This document shows positions 24,456-35,701 of a stretch of 36,408 nt of DNA, in pieces. Position 1 is the first letter of the stretch; every line of letters begins with the position of its first letter. The notes below the pieces were generated by a model. That model saw only the letters and a program-made list of their open reading frames with translations, searched no databases and was not told where the DNA came from. The position numbers were made by a program, and so were the translations under genes. Source of the stretch: Octopus bimaculoides (taxonomy: Eukaryota); NCBI RefSeq assembly GCF_001194135.2, contig NC_068985.1:80810908-80847315 (forward strand), given 5' to 3'.

Positions 24456-26904
24456 TACATATATGTTTGTAGATATTTATAAGAGTATAGCAATTAACAC
24501 CTTTATATGATAATAGCTGGTATGTTGGTTGGTTTGCTGGTTGATTGCTTTGTCAAGTCATGCTTTATATCATGTAGAGAGGAGGAGAGAGAAAGTAAAA
24601 GAGAGATACAGAGAGTGTTAAAGTAAGAGGTACAGGATGAGTGGCAGTTAATGAGTGAAAGAACATTATGCACACAACCAATGTGAAAGAAAGCAATCAT
24701 AAAGATAGAAGACAAGGAGGAGAAGGAATTGATGAAGTAGTTATGGCAGATAAACACACTCATGCTTGTGTGAAATGAGGTGTATGATAGACAAACAATT
24801 TAAAAGGTATAAATAGCATATAGTTATGTAACTTGGTATACACATTATAGAGAAACAATACATTTTCCCTTCATTTCATAGTTTATCTTCAAAAAGTTAA
24901 ATATATACATATGCACATATATATTTCTGAAACCATTAATGGTTTGCAGCTGTTTACTCAACATGCAAGAATTGAACACCTATTTTGTATATCTTAAACT
25001 ACTTCTGAAGAGATTCAACTTTCAAATAATTTTTAGTTTAATCAATTCATTTTCTGAAGGTCTGGAATTGAAACAGCTGTAAGGCATGTTTGACAATTTT
25101 TTAATTAACAAATAGTAATTTATTAATACCTTCTCTATTTTCTCATCTTATTATAATAAATAAATATATATAAACTGTGGTTTATATAGTTACCTTACAG
25201 TTGAGTATTAACTGTAATGTTCAATATTATTTGTATAGGTAACTAACCAGTACTTTCATACGATTTTGCTATCCCAGAATGAGGTTTGGAGCCTTTATTT
25301 GTGCTTCTGTTATATATATATATTTAAATACATCAGAGGAATCCACTCATATATTTAAATATACGCTGTACCTTATGAGTAATTTATGGTCTCTGGACTA
25401 AACTTTAATTCGCTAGACCACTTGGAGGTGAAAATTTTATTAATTTCCATTTCTCTTTGATATGATTAAGTATATATATACATACATACATATATATATA
25501 TATATACATAGAGAAAGACAGACAAATAGAAAGAAAGAGAGATGCATGACTTGTTTGATGTCTCATCACCTATTTTCATTCTTATAAGTTTCTGAAAGAT
25601 ACTCGTATTTTTTAGATGAAATTTTGTAAAGAAAAGTTTTCAGTTAAATAGATTGAGACTAAGACTATGTTGATAAAATTTAGTAAAATACTGTTGGTGA
25701 GGAGTTTGGGATAATTCTCTCTCCTGTCACTGACTTTATTACTACTAATTTCTGTAACTTTTACATTTTACACTTTTTTTCAGGTTAGTGTGTTTGAAAT
25801 GATAATATGTAATTTATGTTCTGCAAAATGTTATCTAAAGACAATTTTTATAAAAAATACAAGGAAAAAAACTGAGAAAGACAGAATGATCCAAAATTCC
25901 TCCCATTAAAGTTATTTTAATGTTATCAATATAATCATAGTATAAACAACATGGAAAATGTTTCTCTGCAAAATTTCATTCAAGCTATGCATTTTTAGGA
26001 AAGTTATAAGAAACAAATTGGATGGAGCACCAAACTGTAGATTATGACACACATATATATATATATATATCGTTTTTTTTTAAAGCAAAAAATGGAGAAG
26101 TGCACTCTGAGAAGTAGAGCAGTCTATATTTATTACTGGTGAAGGCCTAGGTTTCTCACCATAAAGAGTATCTTTATGGCATATCATCTGACCTTAAGAC
26201 TTGNNNNNNNNNNNNNNNNNNNNNNNNNNNNNNNNNNNNNNNNNNNNNNNNNNNNNNNNNNNNNNNNNNNNNNNNNNNNNNNNNNNNNNNNNNNNNNNNN
26301 NNNNNNNNNNNNNNNNNNNNNNNNNNNNNNNNNNNNNNNNNNNNNNNNNNNNNNNNNNNNNNNNNNNNNNNNNNNNNNNNNNNNNNNNNNNNNNNNNNNN
26401 NNNNNNNNNNNNNNNNNNNNNNNNNNNNNNNNNNNNNNNNNNNNNNNNNNNNNNNNNNNNNNNNNNNNNNNNNNNNNNNNNNNNNNNNNNNNNNNNNNNN
26501 NNNNNNNNNNNNNNNNNNNNNNNNNNNNNNNNNNNNNNNNNNNNNNNNNNNNNNNNNNNNNNNNNNNNNNNNNNNNNNNNNNNNNNNNNNNNNNNNNNNN
26601 NNNNNNNNATCTCAACTCTTGAAAATCAGAAAAATTTGTGAAACTGGTTAAATCCTTAAAAATTTATAAATAAAAAATCTAAACTAATCCCAGTGCATTT
26701 TCAACTTCTTTTTAATATGTTTCTCCCCATGTGAAATAAGATAATTTTGTTTTCTATATATATAAAGTCAGTGATGTATGTATGTTTGTTTACATTTGCA
26801 CTCTATAAATGTTATCAACTATGAGTAGTGTTATGATTATCATTTCTCCTTTCAATAAATCATCTGCTCGTGTCTTTCTTACCTTTGGAGATATATGAAG
26901 TAAG

Positions 26905-27340
26905 AGATACTTTACTTGAAGAACTGATAAAAGCTGACAACAGGAAGGAGATCTGGTTGTAAAACAGCACCTCAATATTATGTTCATCTAATCCATATTA
27001 GCATGGATAAAATGGATGTAAAAATGAATAAACAAATGAATACATGCACATACAAGCACACCTACTGCAGATTGGTTGGCAAAGGAGCAAAAATATTGTG
27101 GAGTTCCAGAGGTTGTTTTACTCTTCTCTTGTCAAAGACATGATGATCTCTTTTGTTTTGGTACCATGTTTTGCTGTCAGGAAGGGCATCAAACTGTAGA
27201 AACTATGCCAATTTAAAATGTATGAATGAGACAAGATTACTGAACCATATGCAAGTAGGCAGTAACCTCAAATAGGGACTGACATGAACTGTGACAACAA
27301 ATCAAATCCAAGCCAGCATGGAAACGGGTGTAAGATGACA
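26905..27340 (+). mobile_element. Two decayed fragments carrying the RTE-type 3' tail (26905-27030 and 27175-27340)
   Basis: caggaagg..., aggaagggcatcaaactgtagaaact and catattagcatgga / gccagcatggaaa resemble 27921-28040. Confidence 0.5.
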
Positions 27341-27423
27341 ACATGCATCATTCACACATGCATCATTCACACATGCATCATTCACACATGCATCATTCAC
27401 ACATGCATCATTCACACATGCAC
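27341..27423. repeat. Perfect 15-bp minisatellite (acatgcatcattcac) x5 plus partial
   Basis: Five identical units at 27341, 27356, 27371, 27386 and 27401. Confidence 0.97.
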
Positions 27424-27438
27424 GTATATAATTAAATA

Positions 27439-28060
27439 GAAAGGTGACTGTGTTGGTATGGCCATGTGTTACATATGAATGAAGACAGCCGTGTGAGGAA
27501 GTGCCACTCTCTAACTGTAGAAGGAACCTGTGGAAGAGGTAGACCCAGGATGACATGGGATAAGATGGTGAAGCATTACCTTCAAACATTGGGCCTCACA
27601 GAGGCAATGACAGGAGACTGGGACCTTTGGAGATGTGCTGTGATTGAGAAGACCAGGCAACTAAAGTGAGATTGCAGCCACGCATGTCCCACCCTGTTAA
27701 GAATACCCCTGATGCATCAGGTGATATGATATGCTTGAGAAGACCTGTTGAGTCAAGTAAAACCAATATTGTAGCTGGGGCTGGTGCCCCCTTACTGGCT
27801 CCCGTACCAATGACACGTAAAAAGCACCATCCTAACATGGTCAATGCCAGGTCCACTTGACTGGCTCCTGTGCCGTTGGCATGTAAAAAGCATCCACTAC
27901 ACTCTTGGAGTGGTTGGCGTTAGGAAGGGCTTCAAGCTGTAGAAACTCTGCCAGATCAGATTGGAGCCTGGTGCAGCTGCTGGCTCTCCAGACCTTAGTA
28001 AAACCGTCCAACCCATGCCAGCATGGAAAACGAACGTTAATTGATGATGATGATGATGAT
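27439..28060 (+). mobile_element. 5'-truncated RTE-clade LINE with (GAT)n tail
   Basis: R*LCWYGHVLHMNEDS..KC..LTVEGTCGRGRPRMTW...DLWRCAVIEKTRQLK* carries the RTE WxGHV and GRPxxTW motifs. The UTR ends ccaacccatgccagcatggaaaacgaacgttaa(tga)n. Confidence 0.88.
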
Positions 28061-28984
28061 ACCCATTATGGACTGTGCCCTGAAATGATTGCTAATTTAA
28101 ATTCATAGTACTATATATATATATATATAATGCTTTATACACATTGATCCATATCTACAAACTTAACCTATTTTATTTATTTGTTTTACTCTTGATATAG
28201 GAATGTGAAGATCAAAATTGAATTTTCATATTCATTTTTTTACATTTTTATTCTAGTATATTTTATTTATATAATTTGTTATTTTATATAACATCTATAT
28301 ATTTATTTATTGTTCATGAGAGTTTTTATTCCCTGCCTGGCTTTGAAATGAGTGCAACTAAAAATGATAATCTTTAAGAAAATGTTCATTGGGAGATAGT
28401 TTCCTGTCTACAGTGTTATTGTTTGATTAATGTTTCTCAGTTACTATTTTGAAAGGATGCAGAGAGTGTGTTCAGTTAAGATATTGACTCATTCATAATC
28501 AAGATATCCATCTGATTGGTTTTGTAATAAATAGTCACCTTCTTCCTCTTATTTTTGTCTTATTCTGTTTTTTTTTTCTTTTTGGCTTTGAGTTTTTAAT
28601 TTTTTTTTGTTTTTTGTTTTGCTGTTTCTTTTTAATGCTTTATCAATCCTTTCAAATATTGTAAATAAGAGTACTGAAGGAAATTTTAAAACAGGAAATA
28701 TTATTATTAATAATAATAATTTATGTACAAGGGCTGCAAATTTGAGGGTAGGGCTGTTAGTTAATACCATCCACTCCAGTACTTGAATGGTAAGTAATGA
28801 TAATGATGTACAATTTTGCTGTTGGGGTCAGTTCCATCAACTGTATCCTTCACTTACATATTTGTTCTTCTGTGCCAATGTAAGAAAAAAATCAATATAT
28901 TTTCAGTCAATACGTATTTAGTTGACTGGCTGGTATATTTTAGTGGCAGACAAAATACTTTTCAGTAATTACATACATCTCTTT

Positions 28985-29150
28985 ACGCTAACTGTCAAAA
29001 TAGTGGAGTCATTGGGGCATTAGACAAATGGCTTACAGTATTTATTCTGACTCACTGTGCTCTGGGTTCAAATCCTACCCAGATTTATTTTGTCTTTCAT
29101 TCTTTTGGGGTTGATTAAAAAAGTTCCAATGCAAGGTACTGAACTGAATG
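28985..29150 (+). mobile_element. Decayed family A SINE
   Basis: ctctgggttcaaatcctacccaga...ttttgtctttcattcttttggggttgatt matches the reverse complement of the family A core. Confidence 0.6.
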
Positions 29151-29519
29151 AACAGGAACAATATCAGACCAGATGCCTTGCAATACTTGTTCTGGCCCTT
29201 TGCATAACCTACTTATGTTGTAGATTTAATCCATTACTTGTTTAACGCCATCCTCAGAATCTTGGGTGCCTTTAGCAGAATCTACTCAAATGCAAGCACT
29301 TGAGCCAGGTCACTGGTTTCAGGAGTCTTTTTTTTTCTCCTTTTCACCTGCCTTGAAGTTCTTGTAAAGAGTTATGGATACTGGCTTCCCTCTTGACCAA
29401 CAAAACAAAATAAACAAAAAACAATTTATTCCTATTCTGTTCAACATTGCTTTTTACATTTTTGAGATTGATGAAATATGTACCAGTCATATAATGAGAT
29501 AGATTTATTTTCTTTTTGT

Positions 29520-29926
29520 GTTTTACTCTTTTACTCTTTTACTTGTTTCAGTCATTTGACTGCGGCCATGCTGGAGCACCACCTTTAGTCGAGCAATCGA
29601 CCCCAGGACTTATTCTTTGTAAGCCTAGTACTTATTCTATCGGTCTCTTTTGCCGAACCGCTAATTTACGGGGATGTAAACACACCAGCATCGGTTGTCA
29701 AGCGATGTTGGGGGGACAAACACAGACACACAAACATGCACATATATATATATACATATATACGACAGGCTTCTCTCAGTTTCCGTCTACCAAATCCACT
29801 CACAAGGCTTTGGTCAGCCCGAGGCTATAGTAGAAGACACTAGCCCAAGGTGCCATGCAGTGGGAATGAACCCGGAACCATGTTGTTGGTAAGCAAGCTA
29901 CTTACCGCACAGCCACTCCTGCACCT
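29520..29926 (-). mobile_element. Full-length, relatively young family B tRNA-derived SINE with CORE-like domain
   Basis: Minus-strand head has A box tggctgtgcggt and B box ggttcattccc, then accttgggctagtg (MIR/CORE-like ccttgggcaagt), an internal TA/CA tract and a tandem aaagagt tail. CpGs are retained. Confidence 0.9.
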
Positions 29927-30029
29927 ATTTAAAAAAATTTTCTTGATCTGTTTTCCCCTGCTTACATCCACGGGATTCATTTCATGAAAAAAAATTTTCC
30001 TACAGTTGAATACCTTTCTTGCAATATGT

Positions 30030-30190
30030 ACAGCCATGGCTGTATGATTAAGTGGTTCACTTCACAATTACTTAATTGTGGGGTTCAATCCACTCTTCAC
30101 TTACTTAGGCAAGTTTCTTCTATCTTAACTTTAGGTTGACCAAAACCATGCGAGTGAAATTTGTGATGATAAATATATGGAAGCCCATCA
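30030..30190 (+). mobile_element. Decayed family B SINE head
   Basis: tggctgtatgattaag...gggttcaatcc...cttaggcaagtttcttcta...gttgaccaaaacc..gagtgaaattt. Confidence 0.6.
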
Positions 30191-30233
30191 GAGGTTACAT
30201 TCTTGCTCAAAGGTAATAGAGATAATACATTAC

Positions 30234-30377
30234 CTGCCTGCTAGCCCTTGGATGCTTTCACAAGCATTTTTCTGTTGCAAACATCAAAAGCTGGTCTTCA
30301 ATCTGAGGATAATTCCTTCGCTTTTGCATGACTTTCAGAGGCCATGTAAAAAGATCATAGGTGTTGCCTTTCCATTT
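30234..30377 (-). other. 144-nt exon-like segment with one in-frame TGA
   Basis: Acceptor ttttttcagtatttttcttaatcag, donor GCAG|gtaatg. Phase 0 reads KWKGNTYDLFTWPLKVMQKRRNYPQIEDQLLMFATEKCL*KHPRASRQ. Confidence 0.25.
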
Positions 30378-30552
30378 CTGATTAAGAAAAATACTGAAAA
30401 AAAAAAATCTCAGTTCTGAAGTTAGAATAAAGTCTGATTTTTCTTTATGTGCATTCCAGCTGGAGTAAGCAGAATCACAACAGTATATGGATTTAAACTT
30501 ATAGCCTTGTGGTCAGTAGTCCATCATCTTAATCTCACAGCATCATTGATTT

Positions 30553-30593
30553 AATCCCCTATACCCTTTCTCTAAGAAAGGGTACAGGGGATT
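30553..30593. other. Near-perfect 41-bp inverted repeat
   Basis: aatcccct-a-taccctttc-tctaa-gaaagggta-c-aggggatt: 8 bp + 1 mismatch + 9 bp. Confidence 0.9.
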
Positions 30594-30811
30594 CTTTAAC
30601 AACATGAAAAATAATCTGTATTTATTTTTCTGTAAATAACATTCATAGTATCAATTGCTTCAATCTCCCTGAGCAGATATAACCATAAATGGGTTATTAG
30701 TCTTATTAATATAAAGCTGAAAACCTCTTTAAGCTGTATATGGCAGGGTTTAAGGTAAGCACTGTAAAAATCAATGAAACGATTTTATTTAGCTGAAATT
30801 TCCCAGTAATA

Positions 30812-30878
30812 TGCATTTGGCTCCATGAGATTTGGCTGTTTTAGACATCAGCACAAAATTCTCATGAAGCCATATACA
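30812..30878 (-). ncRNA. miRNA-precursor-like hairpin (candidate)
   Basis: Minus strand UGGCUUCAUGAGA pairs with UCUCAUGGAGCCA (13 contiguous pairs, 1 G-U), with a bulged upper stem and a 5-bp basal extension. No known family recognised. Confidence 0.35.
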
Positions 30879-31556
30879 ATACAATCTGCTAGTCTTTTGC
30901 TTACTTGGCTGGATATGTAAATCTCCTATGAAAAATCATGTGTCAGATGAGTGAATGATGGGGATTTTAACTTTATAAAATAGAATATCAATTTTATAGG
31001 CACTATAGTTATACAATTAATAAAATAACAGCTGTCTTCAGTTGAATTTGTTATTTCCCCTTATATGACAGTTTGTAGTCTCTAAAAGTATTATTCCATA
31101 AAATTCAATATAAATAAATGTAGTGACATGACTAAATACTGCAAGATGTTTTGTCTCATGCCCTACTTATTTTTCTTATTTACTGATTTTGCATGATTCA
31201 GTATGGAAGATCCTACATAGTTGCTTGATAAGATAGAAATAATAGATAGAACTCCATCAAATCCCATACTGTTTTATGTAAAAGAATATATTGGGCAATG
31301 TAGTTCTTGATTTAGAAAAAGGCAAGATAGTTATAGATGAAATGTCTTAGCTCATAGATCTTCTGGTTTGGAGTTGACTTGGAGCAAGCAAGATTAATGC
31401 TTATATGCTACATTCCACCATCTTCAGTTGCCCACCACTCTAAAAATAATTATCTCCAGAATTTGAATGATGCTAAAAACAACATTGTCATTTATTGAAC
31501 TGGGGTCAATTATGCATGTTTGAATCATGAACTGAGGTTGACTCAGTTAATTTTAC

Positions 31557-31660
31557 CTCTCTTTTTTAAATTGTAGCCCTTAATTAGAAAAGTTTGAAGG
31601 GTTGTACTTTTAAAGATTTCCAGAATGTAAATGGTTGGTGACTTATTGGGTGAGAAAGCA
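31557..31660 (-). CDS. Candidate 104-nt exon: xAFSPNKSPTIYILEIFKSTTLQTFLIKGYNLKKR
   Basis: Acceptor gtccccctttcacctactgctcacag, donor GAG|gtaaaa; open from phase 2 to phase 1. No homology recognised. Confidence 0.25.
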
Positions 31661-31824
31661 CTGTGAGCAGTAGGTGAAAGGGGGACATGTCTTATTGAAT
31701 TATTCCTAATAGCAGCCAAATTTCTCTTAAGTCAAATCTATACACTTAAGAAAGGAAGTACACACCGGATAATGTAGTTCTATTACACTATGTCTGCTAA
31801 AATAAATTTGGACAACTATTGCTG

Positions 31825-31827
<3 letters not shown>

Positions 31828-31881
<54 letters not shown>
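31828..31881. repeat. (CT)n microsatellite
   Basis: Direct reading. Confidence 0.95.
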
Positions 31882-31883
<2 letters not shown>

Positions 31884-33260
31884 AATAAGACTGTATGCTG
31901 CCTGTGCCAAGTGTGTGAAGCTACATACTAGTGATATATAAGTATGTAGAAAACCTGCCAAAAAACTAAATAGAAATGTTTCTTTGATTGTGCAATGTGA
32001 ATTTGCATGAAAAGTGTTGAGCCTAAGTAAACTTAGAGCTTTCTGGGTATTAAAGTTAATGGTTAATGTATGTGAGAAGACAACTGCACTGGTATGGACA
32101 TCTGATGTAAATAGATGGGGAATTCTGGGTAATAAAGTGACATGTTGACGGTAGATGTGTTAGTGGCAGAGGAAGACATGGAAATAAGGGATGATACTGA
32201 GTTTCAGAAAACTTACAAAGACTCATGACAAAAATAACAAGCTGTACAGTAAATCCATCCAACCAATAATGAAATAATACCAGTAATATATTAGTGTTGG
32301 TTTAACCAAATAAACCCTTCCATTATAAATTTATGACATTTATGCTAATGTTAAAAAAAAACCTATTATAATTAGTATTAGTGTAAGTATTTTTTGTCAT
32401 GTAATATAGTAGCTATTGGTATTCAAATGGAATACTTGAAAATAAGGCTTTAGATTATTTATGCATGCATGTGTCTATATGTGTGTATATGTGTGAAAGA
32501 ATGAGAAAGAAAGGGTGAAAGAGAGAGAGAGAAAGAGAAAGAGGAGTGGGGAAGAAAGAGAGAAGGTTTAGCATTATCTCTTTTTGTAACAAACTAATTC
32601 AGAAGTGGAATAAAAGTTTGGTTACCATCTCTGAACACTCATCAAATCCCTGATTTAACAGACTTTCTCTCTCCTACATCCCCTAAAAAGAATTTAAAGA
32701 AAGCAAAAAGAAAAGAAAACGCACTAGACAGGTTTTATCACTTATTCCATTGCTATACTGAAAAAATAACAATAAAAACTACATTGACAAAATACAACAA
32801 ATGATAAATAAATAATTGAAAAGAATAGCATTTCAAACTGAAGGGGGGTATGGAGTATTATAAAAAACAAAAACAAGGACTCAATAAATCTTTAAAAAGC
32901 AGTTTAATTCCTATCATTTGAAAGAAGGAAATTATAAATTTTCATTTGAAATAAAAAAAAAGGGAGAAAATGATAAAATAAAAATAGAAATAATATTAAG
33001 AACAAAGATTTCAAGGAGTATTTCTTGGGCAGAATGTAGTAGGGAGTTCATTTAAAATTTATAATGTTAGAATCATATTGCTTGGACTCTTTGCATGTGC
33101 AGATTAAGAAAATTTAAAATCTTTATTGCTTTCTTGATTGGGGATTAAAATGGTTTTTTTGCATTGTAGATATATCGCATTGCATGTTATAATTATAATA
33201 TTTTAAAGATGCTTTTCCTTTACATGAAATGCACAGTAACAACTTTGTGTGGCAATGATG

Positions 33261-33291
<31 letters not shown>

Positions 33292-33985
33292 TATTTATAT
33301 TATTATATGATTGAATGCCATCCATCTTCTTCCAAGTAAGTTTTATCTCTCTCTCTCTCTCTNNNNNNNNNNNNNNNNNNNNNNNNNNNNNNNNNNNNNN
33401 NNNNNNNNNNNNNNNNNNNNNNNNNNNNNNNNNNNNNNNNNNNNNNNNNNNNNNNNNNNNNNNNNNNNNNNNNNNNNNNNNNNNNNNNNNNNNNNNNNNN
33501 NNNNNNNNNNNNNNNNNNNNNNNNNNNNNNNNNNNNNNNNNNNNNNNNNNNNNNNNNNNNNNNNNNNNNNNNNNNNNNNNNNNNNNNNNNNNNNNNNNNN
33601 NNNNNNNNNNNNNNNNNNNNNNNNNNNNNNNNNNNNNNNNNNNNNNNNNNNNNNNNNNNNNNNNNNNNNNNNNNNNNNNNNNNNNNNNNNNNNNNNNNNN
33701 NNNNNNNNNNNNNNNNNNNNNNNNNNNNNNNNNNNNNNNNNNNNNNNNNNNNNNNNNNNNNNNNNNNNNNNNNNNNNNNNNNNNNNNNNNNNNNNNNNNN
33801 NNNNNNNNNNNNNNNNNNNNNNNNNNNNNNNNNNNNNNNNNNNNNNNNNNNNNNNNNNNNNNNNNNNNNNNNNNNNNNNNNNNNNNNNNNNNNNNNNNNN
33901 NNNNNNNNNNNNNNNNNNNNNNNNNNNNNNNNNNNNNNNNNNNNNNNNNNNNNNNNNNNNNNNNNNNNNNNNNNNNNNNNNNNNN

Positions 33986-34027
<42 letters not shown>

Positions 34028-34674
34028 ATGCAATCAAACAGACTCCAAAGAGACTGATATTGGTCTGCATCAGTGAAAATTGTATTATTTAGTAATGTTA
34101 ATTACTACAGTTAACTTGCTACGGGGAGTGGAAAATCTAAGGTTTCAGACACAGTCCTTCTTCAGGAAAAAGTTGAAAGGAGAGAAATTAGACACAACAG
34201 AGTTTTACAATCTTTAAGTAGGAAAAACTGACTGCACTTTAGTTTTTCCACTCACCACAGCATGTTCACTGTACTCTTTTTTTTACTTTACTATATTATA
34301 CACAGGTCCAGTGCTAGGAAGTGATGAGGTCCAATTAGAGAATTGTCTGTTGGGCCCACTACTGAAGATGTTTTTCTAAAGTCATGGGGTAAATCCCCTT
34401 GTCACATGGAAAGATAAAAAGAATTCCCTTCCTGTTGCAAACTTCCATTTGATTTCAAGCATAATGATAATTTCCCAGACTAGTAAACAACAAAGTCATA
34501 CTTTCAAGCTCACTTTTAGTATATCAGGCTAACAATATTGTTTAGATTAGTAAATGACTATGCATATTCATGTACCTGGGTCTAAGGTTATAGTTCATCT
34601 CAATTCTATATTATAGATCTGTGGTTGTGTTTCAGTCATACTGGTTTTAACAAGACAAAGCATATTTTTCTTTA

Positions 34675-34807
34675 TTGTGGCTTTCTATCCATATGGTTTC
34701 AGGTTTAATCCAGCTGTGTGATATCTTGGCAAATATCATCTATTACAAACCTAGAACAACCAAAAGCCTTGTGAATGGATTTGATTGACAGAAACTGAAA
34801 GAATCCA

Positions 34808-34863
<56 letters not shown>

Positions 34864-34905
34864 TGTGTGAGTGTGTGTGTATGTGAGTGTGTGTGTATGT
34901 GTGTG
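34675..34905 (+). mobile_element. Family B SINE head running into a (TG)n tract
   Basis: atcttggcaaatatcatcta...accaaaagccttgtgaatggatttgattgacagaaactgaaagaa matches the CORE-like region. Confidence 0.7.
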
Positions 34906-35007
34906 TTATTGAACGCACGTACTCAATGTATGTGCTTTGCTTGTTCATTGGTTTTCTGCAATTTGACATGGTGGAGATGACTCTCAAAGCACTGAGTGTT
35001 AAAACAC

Positions 35008-35116
35008 CTGAAAGTCATAGTCATAGATAAGTGAGATAACTCTCCCCCAAATCCCATTCAGGAATGATGGACATTGATGTTTTTGTGGCTTATCAACATC
35101 ACATGCCTGAACCAAA
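35008..35116 (-). CDS. Candidate 109-nt exon: xLVQACDVDKPQKHQCPSFLNGIWGRVISLIYDYDFQ
   Basis: Acceptor gcttttcagtttgcttccag, donor CAG|gtgttt; 36 open codons (part of ORF 34999-35226). Confidence 0.2.
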
Positions 35117-35224
35117 CTGGAAGCAAACTGAAAAGCCTGTCCTTGGCTATATTTAAAATGGTGTAAAAACCATCTATTGGTATATATAGATATATAAAAA
35201 ATCTGCTGGTATACAGATATATAC

Positions 35225-35280
<56 letters not shown>

Positions 35281-35282
<2 letters not shown>

Positions 35283-35400
35283 TGGGCTCCTTTCATTCAG
35301 AAGGCTTCAGTCATCTTAGGCCTGTAGTAGAAGACACTTGCCTCAGAAGCCACACATGGTTGAAAAGTAAGCTTTTTAACCACACCAGCACACCTGCACC
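35281..35400 (-). mobile_element. Deleted family B SINE head
   Basis: gtagtagaagacacttgcc...catggttgaaaagtaagc..taaccaca..cacacctgcacc. Confidence 0.6.
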
Positions 35401-35701
35401 CATAGTGTTTTATTGAAACTGAAAGATGTCAGAATCTGTTACTTAGAGTTTCACATAACCCTTACACAAAAGAGAAACAATGCAATAAGTTTTTTACAAT
35501 GTTTATAAGTGGTGCAGAGATGACAGTTTTGTAAAACATGAATATATATATATATACATTTTATATATAATATATCTATATTATATATGCATATATATGA
35601 TTAAATGACAATTACAATGAATGCAGAGATTAGTACATCTGCATATTTTTTTATTTCCACTGTCAGTTATATAGCATATTTGATTTAAATGTGTCCAATG
35701 C

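Noticed and set aside
24930-24945. 16-bp perfect palindrome aaaccattaatggttt near paired CAGCTG E-boxes
   Set aside because: It is AT-rich and plausible by chance in 36 kb, with no independent evidence of function.
26870-26960. Protein-like EIYEVRDTLLEELIKADNRKEIWL and a minus-strand AAG|gtaaga donor
   Set aside because: It overlaps a decayed RTE-tail repeat fragment.
29860-29926. tRNA-like A/B boxes
   Set aside because: These are SINE heads; no complete cloverleaf or tRNA gene could be folded.
30460-30464. Plus-strand 5-nt microexon-like ag|CTGGA|gtaagc
   Set aside because: It is frame-shifting in length with no supporting context.
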